Source of the DNA: Thecamonas trahens ATCC 50062
Lineage: Eukaryota > Protista > Apusomonadida
Reading direction: 5' to 3'
DNA length: 64,000 bases
Assembly (NCBI RefSeq): GCF_000142905.1
Contig: NW_013657658.1
Span: forward strand, 62,001-126,000
In this document: positions 11,720-22,698 of the stretch, one piece after another
Layout of the letters: each line of letters starts with the position of its first letter
Position numbering within the stretch: position 1 is the first letter of the stretch
The notes under the pieces: generated by a model
What the model was told of the DNA's origin: nothing
Databases searched by the model: none
The model's input: only the letters and a program-made list of their open reading frames with translations
Position numbers and translations under genes: made by a program

Positions 11720-14686
11720 ATGGCGGCAGCGTCGTGGACTCCGCGAGCACGAGACTATGCGGGGGAGAAGGAGGAGCACGCCTACCTAGGGGAGGACATT
11801 GCGGTCAAGTCCAAGACCAATCCGCTGTACGAGGCACCCAAGAAGAAGAGCGAGGCCAAGGGCGGCAAGGCGAGTGGCAAGGGGAGCAAAGGCGGCAAGA
11901 AGGGGAAGAGGGGCAAGAAGGGCAGCAAGGGCAGGCTGGTCACCGAGACTGTGGTCGACCCGCTGGCGGCAGAGCTCTCTGTGGCCGCGACGTCGCTGAC
12001 GGGCGTCGACGACGACCCGCTCAAGGCGCTGCAGGCCAACAAGGACCGCGACGCGGAGTTCTACGCCTCGGAGCTGGGGCTCAAGGGTACAGGCGGCGCT
12101 GCGGACATGGACGACGACGGCTTTGTGCCGTGGGAGCACCGCAAGGCTGGCATTCTGGCGACGTACACCACGTCCGAGTCGCTCTCGATCACCACGTCGT
12201 TCATCCAGGCGCAGGCGCGGGTGCCGGCCGACAAGGTCAAGGCCCGGCTGGAGGAGCTCGGCGGCGACGACGAGCTGCAGGAGCTGGCGAATCTCTCGCA
12301 GAAAGAGTATATTTCGCACATCGAGACGCTCAACAACAAGCTCAAGACAGCGTGGAAGAACGAGGAGCGGGTCAAGGCGCTCAAGATTGCCATCCAGGCG
12401 GCCAAGATGCTGTCGGACACGTCGCCGACTCGGTTCTACCCGTCCAAGTTTACGCTTGTTACGGAGATTCTTGACTCGTTCGGCAACTTGGTGTTTGAAC
12501 GGATCCTGCGCAAGGCGGTGGCCGACTGTGGGCGCGAGCTCGGCGACGCTTTCCACGCGTCGGACATTTCGCAGATGGCCAAGGAGACGTGCCGCAACTG
12601 GTTCTACAAGATTGCGTCGATCCGCGAGCTTCTGCCGCGGCTGTATGTGGAGATGGCCATCATGCGGTGCTACCAGTTCCTGACGGACAACGCGTACCCG
12701 GACGCGCTGCGGCGGCTGTCCCGGATGTTGCGCGGGTTGGGCGACCCGCTGGTGGCCATCTACGCGCGGACGTATCTGACCCGGCGTGGGTACATGGTGG
12801 CGCCGGGGCTGAAGGACTACGTCATCTCGGGCTTTTCCGACTTTCTCTTCACCTGCTCGCAGATTTCGTCCAAGAACTTTGAGCACGACTTGCTTGCGCG
12901 CGACATGACGCTCGCCTCGTACTACGACCTCTTCTCGCCTGCAGTCGACTGGCTGCTCTCGTGCATCACGCAGGGGTCAGGCTCCAACGTCTCGGAGTTT
13001 ATCGTCGGGCTCTACGAGGAGCATGTGCCGGTGGCCATGGTCTTCAACCACGTGCTCGGCTGCCTTTCGCCGCAGTACATTTCGGAGCACGCGCTCAAGT
13101 TTGTGAACATGGTGGGCGACGCGGACGAGACGTTTCCCAAGCACAAGCTGTACCGGGCGCTCGGCGTCAACCTTGTTCTCTGCCCGCCGCTGCAGCAGCA
13201 TCAGATGGAGGTGCTCAACGAGGTGTGGTCGGTGGTGACGGCCATCGAGGATCCCGCAGCGTACATGGAGGTTGCCGAGGTCTTTATCGAGTATCCGGTC
13301 AAGCACTGTTCGCTGGCAGACGTGGACCGGATGCTTGGCGACATTCTTGCGCACGTGGCCAACGACGAGCGGTCGTACGAGGCGCTTTTCCCGCAGCTCG
13401 CCTCGGTGGTGTCCAAGATTCTGGCGCACATCCGCGACTTTACGGCGCTCTTTGGCCTCGCCAACTTTATGCCGCTCATCGACTTGTTTGACGGCGAGGC
13501 GGCTGTCGAGGTGGCGCGCAACGTACTCTCCACCTTTGCCAAGTACCAGCACCCGACGTTCGACCCGGTCATTGTCAACGGCATGTTCTACATCGGGCGT
13601 GTGGTGCACGACTCGGTCGACGCGCTCACCTTTGACGACGAGGTTCGACAGATCTCGGCCCTCCTTGTCTCGTTTGTCCGCAAGATCTCGTTTGGCCGCA
13701 AGTTTGAGGCGCACCTCAACTTTTTCGTCGAGTGCCGCCAGGCCTTTGCCAACCTCGACCGGGTCATCCAGGCCCTCGTCCTCGGCGCGTCGGACCTGGC
13801 GATGAAGACCAAGGCGCTAGTTGGCGGAAAGCACAACCGCAAGACCGCCGGCTTTGCCCGGGCATGCCTCGCGTACTGCTTTATCACCGTGCCCTCGATC
13901 GAAGACGTCTTTGCCCGGCTCACGCTCTACCTGCACTGCGGACGCATCGCCCTGCTCAACGGGGCGCTCCCGCAGGCCGACGCCTTTTTCCGCACCGCCA
14001 TCTCGGTCATTCCCGAGGTCCCGCACTTTTCGGAACGCTCGGCCAACGTGTCGTCGACCGGCCCGTGGCTGGTGGCGTACATCAAGAACTTTGCGGCGAC
14101 GCTGGTGGCGGTGCCTGGCCACCCGCAAAAGGGCCCGTTCTACCTGGCCAAGGCCCTACTCTCGGTCATCTCGTCGTACGTGTGGGAGAAGAACTCCGAC
14201 TACCAGCTCGAGGCCTTTGTCCACGTCCTCGCCCTCTTTGTGGCCCACGCCCAGGAGGCACTTCCGTACGCCTACGCCGGCATCGAGCAGAACTCGCGGC
14301 TGTATGGCGGCGACCCTGCGTACGGCCGCGAGATCCAGGCCGTCATCGATTCGATCTTTGAGATTGTGCTCAAGTACATGGCCGACTTTGGCGACTCGCC
14401 CGACGCCAGCACACGCCGCCGCCAGGGCGCCGTCGCACTCGAGGTTGTCAACGTCCTTATCGCCCAGTTTGAGCCGACGCCCAAGCTCTGCGTCCTCCTC
14501 TCCTCGCTCTTCCAGGTCGCAGCCAAGAACGTCTCGCCGTCCAACACCAAGTGCCTCGCCCACACCTACGCCCACATCGGCAACATGGTTGCCGAGGCCG
14601 AGGGCGAGTTTGAGGACGAGGCCCGTGAGAAGGCCATGGCCTTTATGTGGCAGACGTGCAAGTCAGTCATGCCTGCCACCACCTAG
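11720..14686 (+). CDS. VPS35L: VPS35-like Retriever subunit (C16orf62/UPF0505)
   Basis: ERVKALKIAIQAAKMLSDT...FYPSKF.LVTEILDSFGNLVFERI...AKETCRNWFYKIASIRELLPRLYVE; 988 aa, intronless. Confidence 0.92.
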   Translation: MAAASWTPRARDYAGEKEEHAYLGEDIAVKSKTNPLYEAPKKKSEAKGGKASGKGSKGGKKGKRGKKGSKGRLVTETVVDPLAAELSVAATSLTGVDDDPLKALQANKDRDAEFYASELGLKGTGGAADMDDDGFVPWEHRKAGILATYTTSESLSITTSFIQAQARVPADKVKARLEELGGDDELQELANLSQKEYISHIETLNNKLKTAWKNEERVKALKIAIQAAKMLSDTSPTRFYPSKFTLVTEILDSFGNLVFERILRKAVADCGRELGDAFHASDISQMAKETCRNWFYKIASIRELLPRLYVEMAIMRCYQFLTDNAYPDALRRLSRMLRGLGDPLVAIYARTYLTRRGYMVAPGLKDYVISGFSDFLFTCSQISSKNFEHDLLARDMTLASYYDLFSPAVDWLLSCITQGSGSNVSEFIVGLYEEHVPVAMVFNHVLGCLSPQYISEHALKFVNMVGDADETFPKHKLYRALGVNLVLCPPLQQHQMEVLNEVWSVVTAIEDPAAYMEVAEVFIEYPVKHCSLADVDRMLGDILAHVANDERSYEALFPQLASVVSKILAHIRDFTALFGLANFMPLIDLFDGEAAVEVARNVLSTFAKYQHPTFDPVIVNGMFYIGRVVHDSVDALTFDDEVRQISALLVSFVRKISFGRKFEAHLNFFVECRQAFANLDRVIQALVLGASDLAMKTKALVGGKHNRKTAGFARACLAYCFITVPSIEDVFARLTLYLHCGRIALLNGALPQADAFFRTAISVIPEVPHFSERSANVSSTGPWLVAYIKNFAATLVAVPGHPQKGPFYLAKALLSVISSYVWEKNSDYQLEAFVHVLALFVAHAQEALPYAYAGIEQNSRLYGGDPAYGREIQAVIDSIFEIVLKYMADFGDSPDASTRRRQGAVALEVVNVLIAQFEPTPKLCVLLSSLFQVAAKNVSPSNTKCLAHTYAHIGNMVAEAEGEFEDEAREKAMAFMWQTCKSVMPATT

Positions 14687-14763
14687 TAGCCTCCTTCACT
14701 GAGCCAGTGAACCGCGTCCGCGTCCACGTCCGGCCGAGCCACAAACCCCAAGCTCAACTCCCC

Positions 14764-14831
<68 letters not shown>

Positions 14832-14859
14832 CGAACACCTTACCTCACCCCATCCCCTG

Positions 14860-14906
<47 letters not shown>

Positions 14907-14927
14907 ACATACACCCCCTTCTTACCA

Positions 14928-15803
14928 ATGGCCACTGTCTCCCGCACAGGCGGCGCGCTGTATGCGGCGTACGCGTCGATGGGCTGGCGCGGGGTTCTGC
15001 TCGAGGTCGGCGCGCTGTGGGCCAGCTCACCGCGGAGCGGCCGGCTGTCAGGCCACGACTCACGGCTTGCGCATCTGTACCACTTGGCCCGGGCAATGTC
15101 GCTGGGACTTGTTCCCGAGCCGGCGGTCCGTCAGCCGGTGACTCCGGGATCAGACGTCCGGGTTGCCCGCGAGCTGTTCCGAGTCGCCGAGGCCCACGCG
15201 TCGGCGCTGCTGGCCTCGGTCGGATCGGCGGCCTCCAAGCTCAAGATTGAGACGCCGGGAACTGCGAGAACTGCGGGGGCTGTGGGCAGCAGCTCTTCGG
15301 CGGGAAGCTCGTCGGTAGGCAGTGGCGGCCTCCCGGGATCGAGGCGAGAAGGAGGGCCGCTGGTGGTGTACACAGACGGTGCGTGCTCGAACAACGGACG
15401 TCGTGGAGCCGCTGCTGGCATCGGGGTCTTCTTTGGCGACGGTGACGTGCGGAATGTTGCCGAGCCGCTGCCGGGCAAGGCGACTAACAACCGCGCCGAG
15501 ATGACGGCCATCATCCGGGCGCTCACCATTGCCGGTACCGACGCAAACGTCATCATCCGCACCGACTCGTCTCTCTGCATCAACGGCATCAACAAGTGGA
15601 TGAACGGCTGGGCTCGTCGTGGATGGAAAAAGTCGGACGGTAACCCTGTGCTCAACGCCGACCTGTGGAAGGAGATCTACTCGCTCGTCGGCTCGCACCG
15701 CGGCTCGCTCCGTGTCGAGTACGTCAAGGCCCACGCCGGGATTCACGGCAATGAGATGGCAGACGCTCTGGCTGTTCAGGGCGCGACCATGTCGGATATG
15801 TAG
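14928..15803 (+). CDS. RNASEH1: Ribonuclease H1
   Basis: Catalytic DEDD set: VVYTDGACSNNG, TNNRAE, IRTDS, and WKKSDG.PVLNADLW...VKAHAGIHGNEMADALA. Confidence 0.88.
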   Translation: MATVSRTGGALYAAYASMGWRGVLLEVGALWASSPRSGRLSGHDSRLAHLYHLARAMSLGLVPEPAVRQPVTPGSDVRVARELFRVAEAHASALLASVGSAASKLKIETPGTARTAGAVGSSSSAGSSSVGSGGLPGSRREGGPLVVYTDGACSNNGRRGAAAGIGVFFGDGDVRNVAEPLPGKATNNRAEMTAIIRALTIAGTDANVIIRTDSSLCINGINKWMNGWARRGWKKSDGNPVLNADLWKEIYSLVGSHRGSLRVEYVKAHAGIHGNEMADALAVQGATMSDM

Positions 15804-15833
15804 CAAAATATGGTTTACCGATCAGAAGCTTGG

Positions 15834-16664
15834 CTACGGGCTGGCGGCCGGCTTGTGGGCGAGAATGAAAATGGCCTCCTTCCAGCGACCGGGGCCGCCA
15901 TGAGCGGATCCACCGTCATCGCCGTCGCCATGAGAGTGACCGTGGCCGTGGCCGTGGCCGTGGCCGTGGCCGTGGCCGTGGCCGTGGCCGTGACCGTGAC
16001 CGTGGCCGTCGCCGTCGCCGTGGCCATGGCCGTGGTGGCGCCGCCGCATCGACTCGTACAGGATCTCCATGTCAAACTCGGGCCGGATGATCTCGATCTG
16101 ATCGAGTCCCTGCGCAGCGAGCTTGCCGACAATAGCGCCCGAGTTGGCGTGGGCATCGTCGTCAAACTCAGAAGCCACAAGCCATCCGTCCTCAGCGAGG
16201 GCGCCGGCGAGGGTGGCGTAGACCTCGTCCTCAATGTCCGGACCGATGTGATGGAGGACGTAGCCCGGAGCAATGACATCAAACGAAGCGAGGGCGGCGA
16301 TCTGGCGCGGAGCAGGATCGACGTGAAGAGCCTCGAGAGGGAGCGGGCCGTGGTCAGCCTCGATCTTGGCCTTGAGATCGGCAAGAGCGGCGAGCATGGG
16401 CTCGGAGATGTCCACTGCGACGACTTCGCGCGGGCGGATGGCATCGTCGTCGGCAAGGAGCAGAGCAAAGGACTTGGATCCGGGCCCACAGCCGTAGTCC
16501 AGCATGCGGACGCCGCCGGTAGTCAGCTTGCCCGCGGCTGCAAGCTCGCGCATGGTGGACAGGAACAGGTCGTCCATGGCCTTGACCGCCGGGTCGTCGG
16601 CCCAGCCGGCGGCCTCGCCGTCAAACGACATACTGTGCATAGGGTCGGGCGTGGTCTCGGACAT
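15834..16664 (-). CDS. Class I SAM-dependent methyltransferase with a (His-Gly)n insertion
   Basis: Motif I MLDYGCGPG, VVAVDISEPML, FDVI...YVLHHI, GGW-like EDGWLV; (GH)n tract near the C-terminus. Confidence 0.85.
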   Translation of the reverse strand: MSETTPDPMHSMSFDGEAAGWADDPAVKAMDDLFLSTMRELAAAGKLTTGGVRMLDYGCGPGSKSFALLLADDDAIRPREVVAVDISEPMLAALADLKAKIEADHGPLPLEALHVDPAPRQIAALASFDVIAPGYVLHHIGPDIEDEVYATLAGALAEDGWLVASEFDDDAHANSGAIVGKLAAQGLDQIEIIRPEFDMEILYESMRRRHHGHGHGDGDGHGHGHGHGHGHGHGHGHGHGHGHSHGDGDDGGSAHGGPGRWKEAIFILAHKPAASP

Positions 16665-17205
16665 CAGTGCAATGAGGATGGGTAGAGTGGGGTTGGTTGG
16701 AGCCGTTGTGGTCCTGGACTGTGGCCTCGCGCGAATCGCTCTTATCGCTTGCTAATGTCCATCGTTTTGTAGCCGATTGGCTTCTTTGGGCTCCGCCACA
16801 TTCAGGTGGCGCATGCTTGGACGGTAGCAGAAGGGGGTGGAGGGGCATGTTGTGGGCCAGGGGTCAGTGCTTGGGGGTGGCCGTGCAATGCCCTGCCGTC
16901 AATCGTAGCCTATCGTCATACCCGATCGCGATCGGCCTAAGGTGCTCTCCGAAGACTGGAGCTCGGCAGGCAGGCGTGCATGTTCCGGCGCTACATCCCG
17001 GCTCTCCGACTCGGCTGCAGTGTTCCAGAATGTGGTGGAGTACGTGACGAGCGGGAGGAGACAGTAGAGATCGCGGATCAAGACGACGACAGAGCCGTAT
17101 AGCGTGTGTACCCTGATGTCTTTCGAGCTGCTGCCAGTCGTACGCGGCCGGTCGCGCCAGATCGGACCACGCACCCATACCCCCCCCACCCCCCCCCCCC
17201 CCTTC

Positions 17206-17795
17206 CGACCATTGCTGCTCATCATCCAACATCGCCGACCATCGCTGCTCATCATCCAACATCGCCGACCATTGCTGCTCATCATCCAACATCGCCATCA
17301 ATTGACAGTGTGCCCCACGAACAGCCCCCGACCATTGCTGATCATCATCCAACATCGCTGACCATCGCTGCTCATCATCCAACATCGCCATCAATTGACA
17401 GTGTGCCCCACGAACAGCCCCCGACCATTGCTGATCATCATCCAACATCGCTGACCATCGCTGCTCATCATCCAACATCGCCATCAAATTGACAGTGTGC
17501 CCCACGAACAGCCCCCGACCATTGCTGATCATCATCCAACATCGCTGACCATCGCTGCTCATCATCCAACATCGCCATCAATTGACAGTGTGCCCCACGA
17601 ACAGCCCCCGACCATTGCTGATCATCATCCAACATCGCTGACCATCGCTGCTCATCATCCAACATCGCCATCAATTGACAGTGTGCCCCACGAACAGCCC
17701 CCGACCATTGCTGATCATCATCCAACATCGCTGACCATCGCTACTCATCATCCAACATCGCCACCAATTGACAGTGTGCCCCACGAACAGCCCCC
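17206..17795. repeat. Higher-order minisatellite with a 93-bp unit (30+30+33 bp), about 6 copies
   Basis: The 30-mer gaccatYgctgMtcatcatccaacatcgcY occurs twice per unit. The 33-mer atcaattgacagtgtgccccacgaacagccccc recurs at about 17297, 17390, 17483, 17577, 17670 and 17763. Confidence 0.95.
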
Positions 17796-18108
17796 GCCCC
17801 CCGATCCGCCCGTCCCCTTTCCCCTTCCCCTTCACCAGCCCCATGACCACCCCTGCATCTCCTCCACCAGCTCCACTTGACCCCTCCCTCACCCCCTCAC
17901 CCCCTTCCCCTCCGCCCACTCCCGGGAAGGCCTCCCACTCCAGTCACCCAGCACACCCTCCTCACCCCCCCCCCTTCTCCGTCACACCCCCATAGGGAGG
18001 GCGTGCTTCCTCACAGACCCAAAAGGCCGAGCCATCCGATTTGATTCCAATCGTTTCATCAGGCGCAACCTCCCCCTCCCCCCCCCCATACCCACACACA
18101 CACGCAAC

Positions 18109-20768
18109 ATGACGGATGATCAACCAATGCAGGGAACACGCTCGAGTGGAGGTGTGGATGTCATGGCAGGAGTGGCCAACGGAGAGTCTGAAGTTCTGGC
18201 AGCGGCGGTAGAGGCGCTGACGAATGACGGACCGCTGCAGGCCACGCCCGTCCGGCTCACACGGCAGGCGAGGACGGCGTCAGAGGCTGTGGTCGATTCG
18301 GCAAGAGGTGCAGCCGTGGCGACGTCGACGGCGACACAGCGGAGCGATCTGTCGAAAAAGGGTACCGGGCTTGCGCTGCTGAACAAGTACATCGTCAACG
18401 CGCTCAAGGCCGTCACCGCCGGCCAGTCCTCGTCCAAGCACTACCACTACGTCCTGGCCCAGGTCTCGTCGAGCAACGCCCGGACCCGGATCAAGTTCAT
18501 CAACGCGCTCTCGACCTGTGTCTCTTCGTTTGGAGAGGAGCATCTTGACCTCGTCCGCACCGTGTGCGCGCTGCCCATGTCGGGCGACGCAGACATGTTT
18601 CGCTCGTACGCCAACTTTCTCATCAACCTCGTCTCGGCCAACACCCGGTTCCTCCCCCCCATCCTCGCGGCCCTCATCCGCAACCTCAAGCCTTCGGACG
18701 AGCTCTCCGCCAACGAGCTCAAGCTCATCCGTGCCCGGGTCCACGAGGTCCTGCAGGCCGTCCTCGCCCTCGTCCCCACCGCGCCGACCGTGCTGCAGGG
18801 TGTGCTCATGCGCGCCTTTCCGCACCCAATGGCCAGCCTGCTCAAGCAGACGGTGTACGTACAGAACTTGCTGGACATTGCGCGGTACTCGCCGATGTGT
18901 CGCAACGGCATCGTTGCCTCCATTGTCGACCACGTCATCAAGCTCGATGCCATGACCGCCATCGCCCGCCCCATCCTCCTCGACCGCATGGAAGACGGCG
19001 AGTACGATTCTGGCGACGACGAGTCTGGCGACGACGAGTCTGGCGACGATGAGCACGACGAGCAAGACGAGCATGGAGGCGCGGCGCTTCCCGGCACTGC
19101 GCCGGCGGCGCCCGCTGACGACGACGGCGAGCACGGGAGGGCGATAACGACGACGTCGATGCTGACGACGATGATAACGACAACGACGACGACGACGACG
19201 ACGCTGATCCTCCGCTGACAAAGGACGAGCAGCAATCGCTCATGTCGGCCGAGACGCTTGACATGCTCATGCACCTGCTCTTCCAGTACCTCGACTCGTT
19301 GCTTGGCGGACGACCCAGCGGCAACGGCGACGGCGACGAGAACACCGTGGCGTCGCCAATCCCGCCCGAGACGACGCAGCACCAGCAGGCGACCGCCGAT
19401 TCGGTCTTTGTTCTCCTTATGCACGTCTTCGAGGCATCGATTCTGCAGACGCACCAGCTTCAGCACACGCAGTTTCTCATCTTTTACGTCACCTCGCAGT
19501 CGCGGCGATTCCAGGAAGCCTTTCTCTCATACCTCCTCGAGACGTCGACCAAGGTGGAAGCCTCGGGCGCGCCGTCGTCGCTGGCGCAGGTGGCGGCGGC
19601 GTATCTGGGCTCGTATCTCGCGAGGGCCAAGTTCCTCGAGCTGGACTTGGTGCTTACCGTCATGGAGAGCATGGCGCTGTGGCTCCACCAGTACGTGGAC
19701 GCCGCGGCAGCGCCGACCCGGGTCGTCTCGCGCATGTCGTACACGCCGTCGCGGGCGCGGTCAGCGGCAAGCTCGCCGACGCTCGGCTCGCCGCAAATGA
19801 CCGCGGCGGCGACGGTGGCGGCGTCGGCCGAGAAGCTCAACCGGGCGGTGGCGCGGCTCCCGCGGTCGCCGTCGGGCTCTGTCTCGCTCGGCACATGCAT
19901 CCTTCGCTCGGCGACGTTTGCCGAGGCCTCGGGCCACTCGCGGTTCTACGCCATGGCGCAGTCGCTGCTGTACGCCATCTGCTTCCACCTCGGTGCGCTC
20001 TCGCAGAACGAGGAGTTTATGACGCGGGTGCAAGGCCTCGCTCTCGACCGTATCGTCTCGTCATGGCTCAACCCGCTGCGATACACCTCGGCGGGCATTG
20101 TGGGCCAGTTTGCGCGGATGGCGTACGATGCGCAGCTCGCGTATTGCTACGACATCATCCACGAGAACAAGCGCCTTGACCTCATCTCGCAGCAGCAGGA
20201 TGTGCAGGCCGGGACGTCGCCGGCAGAGGGCGCGTCGTCGGCCGAAGACCTCCGCGCTCGCAAGGCCGCCATCCTCAAGCCGTACTTTCCGTTTGACCCG
20301 TACCCGCTCCCGCTCACCGCGCCGCTCTTTGAGAACATCTACAACGAGTGGGTCCCGCTGCCCGAGACCGCAACACCGTCGTCGCGGACCCGCTCCCGTC
20401 GAGCCTCGCCGGACTCGCCGGCCGTCGGCGCGGGCGACGCCGTCGCCCTCGCCGCCACTGGCGCCGAAATCCCGTCGCGCAAGCGCAAATCGCCGGATCA
20501 CAGCGCTCCGCCGCACCCGACCGCAGTCGTGGCTGGCGCCGCCAAGGTCCTCTCTGCGCTCCAGCCCATCATGGACATCTCGCCGGTGGCGACATCGTCG
20601 ACCTCTCGCCTTGGCCTCGCCGCCATGCACAAGACGCCCGCCAGCGTCGGCGTTGCCGCCTCGGTCTTCTCCTCGCTCTCGGCGCTCAACACTGGTGGAA
20701 CCGACGCCTCGCCCGGCCCGGTCCGCAAGAAGCAGCGTCCGCTCCGGGTCCCTGTCATGTTTGAATAG
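18109..20768 (+). CDS. RRN3: RNA polymerase I transcription initiation factor RRN3/TIF-IA, split by a single-base frameshift at about 19135
   Basis: ORF1 has VHEVLQAVLALVPTA...RAFPH...YVQNLL...IKLD. ORF2 has ETLDMLMHLLFQYL...ILQTHQLQHTQFLIFY...AAAYLGSYLARAKFL...LNPLRY...YFPFDPY. The acidic loop spans the shift; CAC GGG (G)AG GGC restores the frame. Confidence 0.88.
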
Positions 20769-21026
20769 CCGCGCTCCAGTCAGCCAGGTACAAGCCGCCG
20801 ATGCGACGCCAGCGAGCGAGTGTTTGTGGGCGGAAAAAAGAAGTCCCTCGGATGTTGCAGTTCAGTCACCGCCCAACCTTTGCCGCTCCCCACGCCCCAC
20901 ACCCGCCACGTCCCGACACGGACGCCGTGCACACCCAGACACACCCATCCCCCCGCAAGCGTCTTACATACCTCAGTCTCACCTCTACGACGTCCACAGC
21001 TCGACAGCCCTCCTCTTGTGTGGGGT

Positions 21027-22583
21027 ATGTCTCATGCGGCCCGCCGTGGCCACCGTGGTGGACAGACGGGCGGCGCAGGCGGGGCCAACCGCGCGGGTCA
21101 GGAAGGGGGCTTTGTGGCCTCACACGCCCACCGCCAGTCATCATCAGGCAATCTGTTCTCCCGTGCTCCACTCGGTCCGTCGGGCGCCTCGGGGACGCTT
21201 CCTGGGTCTGTGCCGGATGCTGCCGGCGGGCATGGATCGCTTGTCCCGCGTCGCCAGCAAGCATCACTTGGCGACCACCGCCGTGGACATGGCCATCCGC
21301 ACCCGGCCGGCCGGGCACATTCATCCAAACTCGCGGCATTTCTCGTGCAGCGAGCCGAGACAGAGTCCTCGCAACGGATGCAAGCGCTCCGTCGGAACGG
21401 CTACGCCGGCCGCGATCCGCGGCGGCTGTGGCTGGGCGCGGCTGCGGTGGTAGTCGATGTTCTGTCGGGCGACGGCCGCGCCGGAAGCGCGCTGTTCGGC
21501 GGCGTGAGCCGAGGAGATGGCCGCAGCCGGCGGACAGCCCATCGATCGCGGCGGCGGGCCGCGCATGTTGCCGCCATGCGGAAGCGGCACCACTCTGAGT
21601 ATGTGTCGGCGTATCGGATGAAAGGCGAGGCCGGGCATGGGCGGAGTTACCGACGGACTGGGCCGGCGGCAGCGTATGCGGCGGCGAGTTATACTGGCGG
21701 GGCAGGGGCGGGAGCGCCTGACGACGATGACCGACAGCACCGGCCGTGGTTTACTATCATTGTGTCGACAATCCAGATCCTGTTCTTTGCTTACATCCTG
21801 TACAACGTGCTCGAGGCCAAGGGCGAGTCGATGTCGTCGCTCAAGTCGAACCCGTTCTTCGGCCCGTCAGAGTTGGACCTTGTGGAGCTTGGAGCGAAGG
21901 TTCTGTCGAAGATCAAAGACGGGCAGTACTGGCGACTGGTGACACCGCTGGTGACGCACTCTGGGCTTGTTCACCTCGGGTTCACGATGCTGCTGCAAGT
22001 GCCGACGTCGATGGTGTTGGAACGGCAGCATGGGTGGTTCAAGCTCGCGCTCATCTATGTCATTTCGGGTATCGGCGGCTTTATGCTCTCTGCCGTCTTC
22101 CTCCCGAATCTTGTGGCGACCGGGCCGTCGGGCGCAGTGTATGGCCTGCACGGGGTGCTCATCATGGACCTGCTGCAGAACTGGTCACATGTCCGCTCGC
22201 CGTGCTCCTACCTGGTCCGGCAGCTGCTCTCACTCGTGTTCTTCCTTGTCCTCGGCCTCTTGCCTGGAGTGGACAACTTTATGCACATCGGCGGGTTTGT
22301 GTGCGGGGCGCTTGCGGCGCTCGCGCTGCTGGACAACATGCATCTCGGGATGCGCAAGTCGTCGCACATGGCGATGTTCGCCGGGTTTGTGCTTGTGGCC
22401 TACATCGGGCTCACGGGGTGGCTCATGTTCACCAAGGTCGACGAGAACGGATGGTGCGAGACATGCCGCGACATCAACTGTCTCCGCATCCTCGACTGGT
22501 GCGAGCGCAATCCACTGGATCCGCCAGCGCCGCCGCCGGCTGTTCCTGCGACGCCGCCGCCGCCACCGGTGGCAGGCACGTGA
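21027..22583 (+). CDS. Rhomboid-family intramembrane protein with a long N-terminal tail and a GPSG active-site motif; start codon uncertain
   Basis: HRPWFT, NPFFGPS...LGAK, QYWRL..LVTHSGLVHL, TGPSGAVYG, DNFMHIGG, and C-terminal WCETC..NC...WC. Confidence 0.88.
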   Translation: MSHAARRGHRGGQTGGAGGANRAGQEGGFVASHAHRQSSSGNLFSRAPLGPSGASGTLPGSVPDAAGGHGSLVPRRQQASLGDHRRGHGHPHPAGRAHSSKLAAFLVQRAETESSQRMQALRRNGYAGRDPRRLWLGAAAVVVDVLSGDGRAGSALFGGVSRGDGRSRRTAHRSRRRAAHVAAMRKRHHSEYVSAYRMKGEAGHGRSYRRTGPAAAYAAASYTGGAGAGAPDDDDRQHRPWFTIIVSTIQILFFAYILYNVLEAKGESMSSLKSNPFFGPSELDLVELGAKVLSKIKDGQYWRLVTPLVTHSGLVHLGFTMLLQVPTSMVLERQHGWFKLALIYVISGIGGFMLSAVFLPNLVATGPSGAVYGLHGVLIMDLLQNWSHVRSPCSYLVRQLLSLVFFLVLGLLPGVDNFMHIGGFVCGALAALALLDNMHLGMRKSSHMAMFAGFVLVAYIGLTGWLMFTKVDENGWCETCRDINCLRILDWCERNPLDPPAPPPAVPATPPPPPVAGT

Positions 22584-22698
22584 GGAGATGCCGAGCTGTG
22601 CCCTTGGAGGGTGTTGGACGGGAATGGCGGAGCCGGGGGGCAATTACGTCGATGCGGACAACATGGTCGACGTCGAGCCAGCTTGCGGTAGGTGAGGG

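Noticed and set aside
14928-15803. RNase H as part of a retroelement
   Set aside because: No RT, integrase or LTRs nearby; it looks like cellular RNase H1.
16750-17170. Possible gene or transposon fragment beside the minisatellite
   Set aside because: No recognisable motif in any frame.
17206-17795. Possible CRISPR array (30-bp repeats with intervening 33-bp segments)
   Set aside because: The intervening segments are identical rather than unique spacers, there are no cas genes, and the context is eukaryotic.
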